Assembly (NCBI GenBank): GCA_963718995.1
Contig: CAVRAP010000019.1
Span: 32,243-96,242, forward strand
Length of the DNA stretch: 64,000 bases
Source of the DNA: an uncultured Actinomycetota bacterium
Lineage (GTDB): Bacteria; Actinomycetota; Acidimicrobiia; Spongiisociales; UBA4744
Direction: 5' to 3'
Shown here: piece after piece, positions 60,455 to 64,000 of the stretch
Layout of the letters: every line of letters begins with the position of its first letter
Position numbering within the stretch: the stretch's first letter is position 1
Notes under the pieces: model-generated
Told to the model about the DNA's origin: nothing
Databases searched by the model: none
The model's input: only the letters and a program-made list of their open reading frames with translations
Translations under genes and position numbers: made by a program

Positions 60455-60976
60455 CTACTCGTTTCCGAGCGCGGTGCGGATGGATTGGATCTGGCCGCGA
60501 TGTTCTGCCTCGTGCTGGCGGAGATGGTGCAACACCCACTCCGGAGTGGTGATCCCGCCCTCTACTCCTCGCTCGGTTTGGTAGTCGGCGTCGGTGAGGT
60601 CCGCGAGGTCCTCGAGGAGGTACCTGCGGACCGTCGCGAGCCGTTCCAGGTGTTGGGCAACGGTGAACCCGGGGACGGGGGTCAGGCGACCGTCCTCTTC
60701 TCGAACGTCCATAGGGAACCAGTCGCCCATCCAGGCCGGGTAGGCGACCTGGAGGATATCGGCGTACAACCAGTCGGCTTCGATCGCGGCGACGTGATAG
60801 AGCAGCGAACCGACCGAGTTATCGAGGCCGTCGGGGATCCGATCCACGTCGGCATCGGTGAGATCTTCGACGGCCTCGCGGGTTCGACGCCGAGTGTCGG
60901 CCAGCATCCAGAGGGCCGTCCCGACGGCCGGCGGGAATCCTGGAACGGGGTGCACCAGGAGATCATGGTCTTGCAT
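60455..60976 (-). CDS. DinB family protein
   Basis: NSVGSLLYHVA.IE, WVLHHLRQHEAEHRGQ. Confidence 0.88.
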   Translation of the reverse strand: MQDHDLLVHPVPGFPPAVGTALWMLADTRRRTREAVEDLTDADVDRIPDGLDNSVGSLLYHVAAIEADWLYADILQVAYPAWMGDWFPMDVREEDGRLTPVPGFTVAQHLERLATVRRYLLEDLADLTDADYQTERGVEGGITTPEWVLHHLRQHEAEHRGQIQSIRTALGNE

Positions 60977-61030
60977 GGTGCACCCCTAGCGGATCGTCAG
61001 TAGCGAGCGGGGGGTTGCTTCGCTGATGCG

Positions 61031-61129
61031 TCAGTGGGACTGTCCGCTGTCGATCTTGATGAGCCCGGCTTGTTTGGCAGCGAAAACAGCGATACCAACG
61101 ACGAGCAGAATGAGCAGGAACTTCTTCAT
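61031..61129 (-). CDS. 32-aa single-helix membrane microprotein, absent from the ORF track
   Basis: GGAAGG RBS; MKKFLLILLVVGIAVFAAKQAGLIKIDSGQSH. Confidence 0.6.
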   Translation of the reverse strand: MKKFLLILLVVGIAVFAAKQAGLIKIDSGQSH

Positions 61130-61186
61130 GGTGGCCTTCCTAGGGGTTCGCCGTTAATCCTATGCGCTTCGGGGACCTTTGTGTGT

Positions 61187-63706
61187 TTACCCGGAGGGCA
61201 ACAGGCGCAGATGCCCGTCGGCGTTAGCCTCGATCGCCGGCCGGTCCCAGCGGAGCGGTTGTGTCTCGTTGACGACCCATAGGTCCGCCATGTCGATGTA
61301 GTGCTTGTTGAAGGCATGCCCGGATTGGCCGGTGGTGTGGACAGCTCGCGAGCGGGACAGGTCATCGAGGTCGACGATCATCCGCATGGACGGAAGCGCG
61401 ATCACCTCGTACCCCTCGGCGGCGTTCCAGGTTGTGGCGTTGACAAGGTCGCCGCTGCCCGATGCTTCAAAGGGTCCCCGATTGAAAAGCCATTCGATGG
61501 GGGCTATTCCCGATTGGCCGAGACTGGCATTGCGGAAGGTGGCGGTGTGCAGGTCGCCCCATCTCCATTCGCTCGGCTGGCTGCCCAGGGTGTCCACCAT
61601 CTCATTCCATGCTTCGAGCATGGCAGTTTCGAGGATGGCGTCGCGTTCTTCGATGTTGCTCGTCGACTGACTATCCCACCATTCACTGGTGGGGTCATCC
61701 AGGATGGGCCGGAGCACCTGGAAGAAGTTGTCACGACCAATCGGCCAGTAGTCCTCCGGGAGGTCATCGTGGAACGCCGCCGCCAGGAGGTGTTTCCAAA
61801 CCGCCGCGTAGAGCGCTCCGTGCGGGGAGTCGGCGTCTTGCTGGAAAGGCTCGGCTTGCGAGCCCCACTCGGCGAGCAACCCCTGGGCCGACTGCACCTC
61901 GGGCAGCGCGCTCTCCACCGCGGTCAGGTAGGGGATGATCTCTTCGGCCATGAGGTTGAAATTGTCCCGCTGCATGTCCTCGACCATCGCAACGGTGATC
62001 GGACCGTCGGATTCCTCGATCATGTCGACGATGCGCTGGGCGCGGGTGCCGTACGACCACTCGCGAGCCAGTAAGTAGGGATAGGAATCGTCCACCACGG
62101 CATTGTTGGCGGTGACGATGTAGCCCTCCGGCGGGTTGTACCGGTTAGGGAGATCGTCGAACGGGATGAAGCCGGTCCATTCGTACTGGTTGGTCCAGCC
62201 GGGCACCGGGATGCGCCCGTCACCGTCGGCCCGGATGGGGATCCGGCCGGGCATCTGGTAGCCGATGTTGCCGTCGACGTCGGCGTAGATGAAGTTCTGC
62301 GACGGGACGTCCCACAGGCTCAGTGCCTGGCGGAACTCCTCCCAGTTCCCCGCCTGATTGATCCCGAGGATGGCTTCGACCATTCGGGTTGGTTCGAGGG
62401 CCGTCCACTTCAAGGCGATGGCATAGTCGTCGGGGAGGTCAAGCACGGTCGCTTCGTCGAAATCTTCCAGGGCGCCGTACGAGTCGGAGATGATCGGTCC
62501 GTGCCGGGTGACCCGCACGTCGATATCGGTCTTCCTACCGCTGTAGATCAGCGTCTCGGTGTAGATGTCCATATCGACCCACCGGCCGTTGACCTCGTAC
62601 TGGTCGGGGTTGTCGGGATTGATCTTCTCGATGTAGAGGTCCTGGACGTCGGCCGCCAGGTTGGTGACCCCCCAGGCAATCCGGTCGTTGTGTCCGAGGA
62701 CCACTGCGGGGATGCCGAGCAAGGAGAACCCGGCAACCTCGAGGTCACAACCGGGACCGATCGGGGCGCAATGCAGACCAACTTCGTACCAGATGGACGG
62801 CATCTGGATGCCCAGGTGGGGGTCGTTGGCCAAGATGGGCTGGCCGGTGTCCGTGAGTTCCCCGGACACGACCCAGTTGTTGGATCCAATATCTGCACCG
62901 GAGATACCCAGCAGATCGTCGAGGTTTCCTGCTCGTTCGGCCACGGTGGCCAGCAAGTCCGCTACGTCGCCTGCGATTGTTTGGATATCGGCCGACGTGC
63001 TCAATCCGCCGCTACCGGGGACGGTTACCGGTCGGTCATCCGGATAGGCGGGGAAGAAGTCGTCGACCCGATCGGCGCCCACTGCTTTCGAGATCACGGC
63101 CCGCGAGATCTCAACGTCCATGTTGCTGCGGAGATCCCAGGCCATTGCTTTGGCCCACACCAGCGTGTCGGCCGGTTCCCAGGGCAGCGGCTTGTAGGAA
63201 GCGTTGTTCAGCTTGAGCACCGAGTATTCGAGACCAAGGCGGATCGGGGTCCGCTCATCGAGGTAGGCGTTGACTCCAGCGGCATAGGCGGTGAGGACGT
63301 CCTGAGCCTCCTGGGGCATCGCCGCAAACTCTTCATCGGCGGTGCGCGACCACCCGAGGGTCCGAAGGAAGGTATCGGTGCCGATCTCTGATTCGCCGAA
63401 CAGCTGGGCAAGGCGGCCGTGCCCGATGGCTCTCTGGAAGTCCATCTGCCAGAAACGGTCCTGAGCGTGGACATAACCCTGCGCCACGAACAGATCGTGG
63501 GTGGTTTCGGCGTAGATGTGCGGGATCCCGTTCTCGTCCCGGTAGACGTCGACCGGTCCATCCAGCCCGGCCTTCTCGAGGATGGTTTCTCCGTTGGTGC
63601 GCGGAAAAGCCAAACGGCTGAGGGTGAACGTGGCCGCTCCGACAACCAGGACCAGGATCAAGAGGATGACGAGGATGACCTTGAAGAACGATCGAAGAAC
63701 TTGCAT
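61187..63706 (-). CDS. Penicillin acylase (Ntn hydrolase) family protein
   Basis: YRDENGIPHIYA, QDRFWQMD, catalytic GSNNW, ANDPHL, GQSGH. Confidence 0.93.
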   Translation of the reverse strand: MQVLRSFFKVILVILLILVLVVGAATFTLSRLAFPRTNGETILEKAGLDGPVDVYRDENGIPHIYAETTHDLFVAQGYVHAQDRFWQMDFQRAIGHGRLAQLFGESEIGTDTFLRTLGWSRTADEEFAAMPQEAQDVLTAYAAGVNAYLDERTPIRLGLEYSVLKLNNASYKPLPWEPADTLVWAKAMAWDLRSNMDVEISRAVISKAVGADRVDDFFPAYPDDRPVTVPGSGGLSTSADIQTIAGDVADLLATVAERAGNLDDLLGISGADIGSNNWVVSGELTDTGQPILANDPHLGIQMPSIWYEVGLHCAPIGPGCDLEVAGFSLLGIPAVVLGHNDRIAWGVTNLAADVQDLYIEKINPDNPDQYEVNGRWVDMDIYTETLIYSGRKTDIDVRVTRHGPIISDSYGALEDFDEATVLDLPDDYAIALKWTALEPTRMVEAILGINQAGNWEEFRQALSLWDVPSQNFIYADVDGNIGYQMPGRIPIRADGDGRIPVPGWTNQYEWTGFIPFDDLPNRYNPPEGYIVTANNAVVDDSYPYLLAREWSYGTRAQRIVDMIEESDGPITVAMVEDMQRDNFNLMAEEIIPYLTAVESALPEVQSAQGLLAEWGSQAEPFQQDADSPHGALYAAVWKHLLAAAFHDDLPEDYWPIGRDNFFQVLRPILDDPTSEWWDSQSTSNIEERDAILETAMLEAWNEMVDTLGSQPSEWRWGDLHTATFRNASLGQSGIAPIEWLFNRGPFEASGSGDLVNATTWNAAEGYEVIALPSMRMIVDLDDLSRSRAVHTTGQSGHAFNKHYIDMADLWVVNETQPLRWDRPAIEANADGHLRLLPSG

Positions 63707-64000
63707 GGTCGGCAGGCTAGGGCCTCAAAGGGCAGTCCACCACCCCGGATCTCCGGCCAGCGACTAGTTACCGGGGGTGAGCCTCACCCAACGGAAGACC
63801 GAAGGTCCGTGGTCTATGCCCTCGTGAAGCCCGAAGGGGAGTTATTGCCCTCAGTCTTCGCTTCGCTCAGACAGCCCCCCCGTCTGCGTCGGGGGGCACG
63901 TGGTTTGGGCCAAGGTGCTCGCATGGTGAACTTCTTCTTGCGGGTGGTGCCGGCTATCCGACCCTCTCCGCATCGCCGCCTTCGGCGGCGCCGCGCCTCT

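Overview
High-GC (about 65%, estimated by eye) chromosomal segment of an actinobacterium, probably Acidimicrobiia (inferred from gene content and synteny such as clpS-DUF2017 and XRE-hbhA-like). It is mostly housekeeping and accessory metabolism: pheA, aroF-type DAHP synthase, tyrA, rlmD, glnE, nadE, greA, mgtE, hpt, selD, XdhC/MocA, type IV minor pilins, TerC with a yybP-ykoY riboswitch, and a penicillin acylase. Eight genes carry single-base indels, mostly in short homopolymers, typical of long-read assembly error. The most striking signals are: (1) a two-gene surface operon of a tandem-rhodanese lipoprotein and an 11-heme cytochrome c lipoprotein that is split in the ORF track only by an in-frame UGA followed by a SECIS-like hairpin, so probably a selenoprotein, with a perfect Rex-type operator upstream and a Sec-containing SelD in the same window; (2) a glnE whose two nucleotidyltransferase domains share 625 nt with one mismatch; (3) an AbiEi/DUF559 nuclease gene bracketed by palindromic repeats with a solo copy 17 kb away; (4) an ArsR regulator sharing a palindromic operator with the selD operon. 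All product calls come from motif recognition by eye; no database searches were run.
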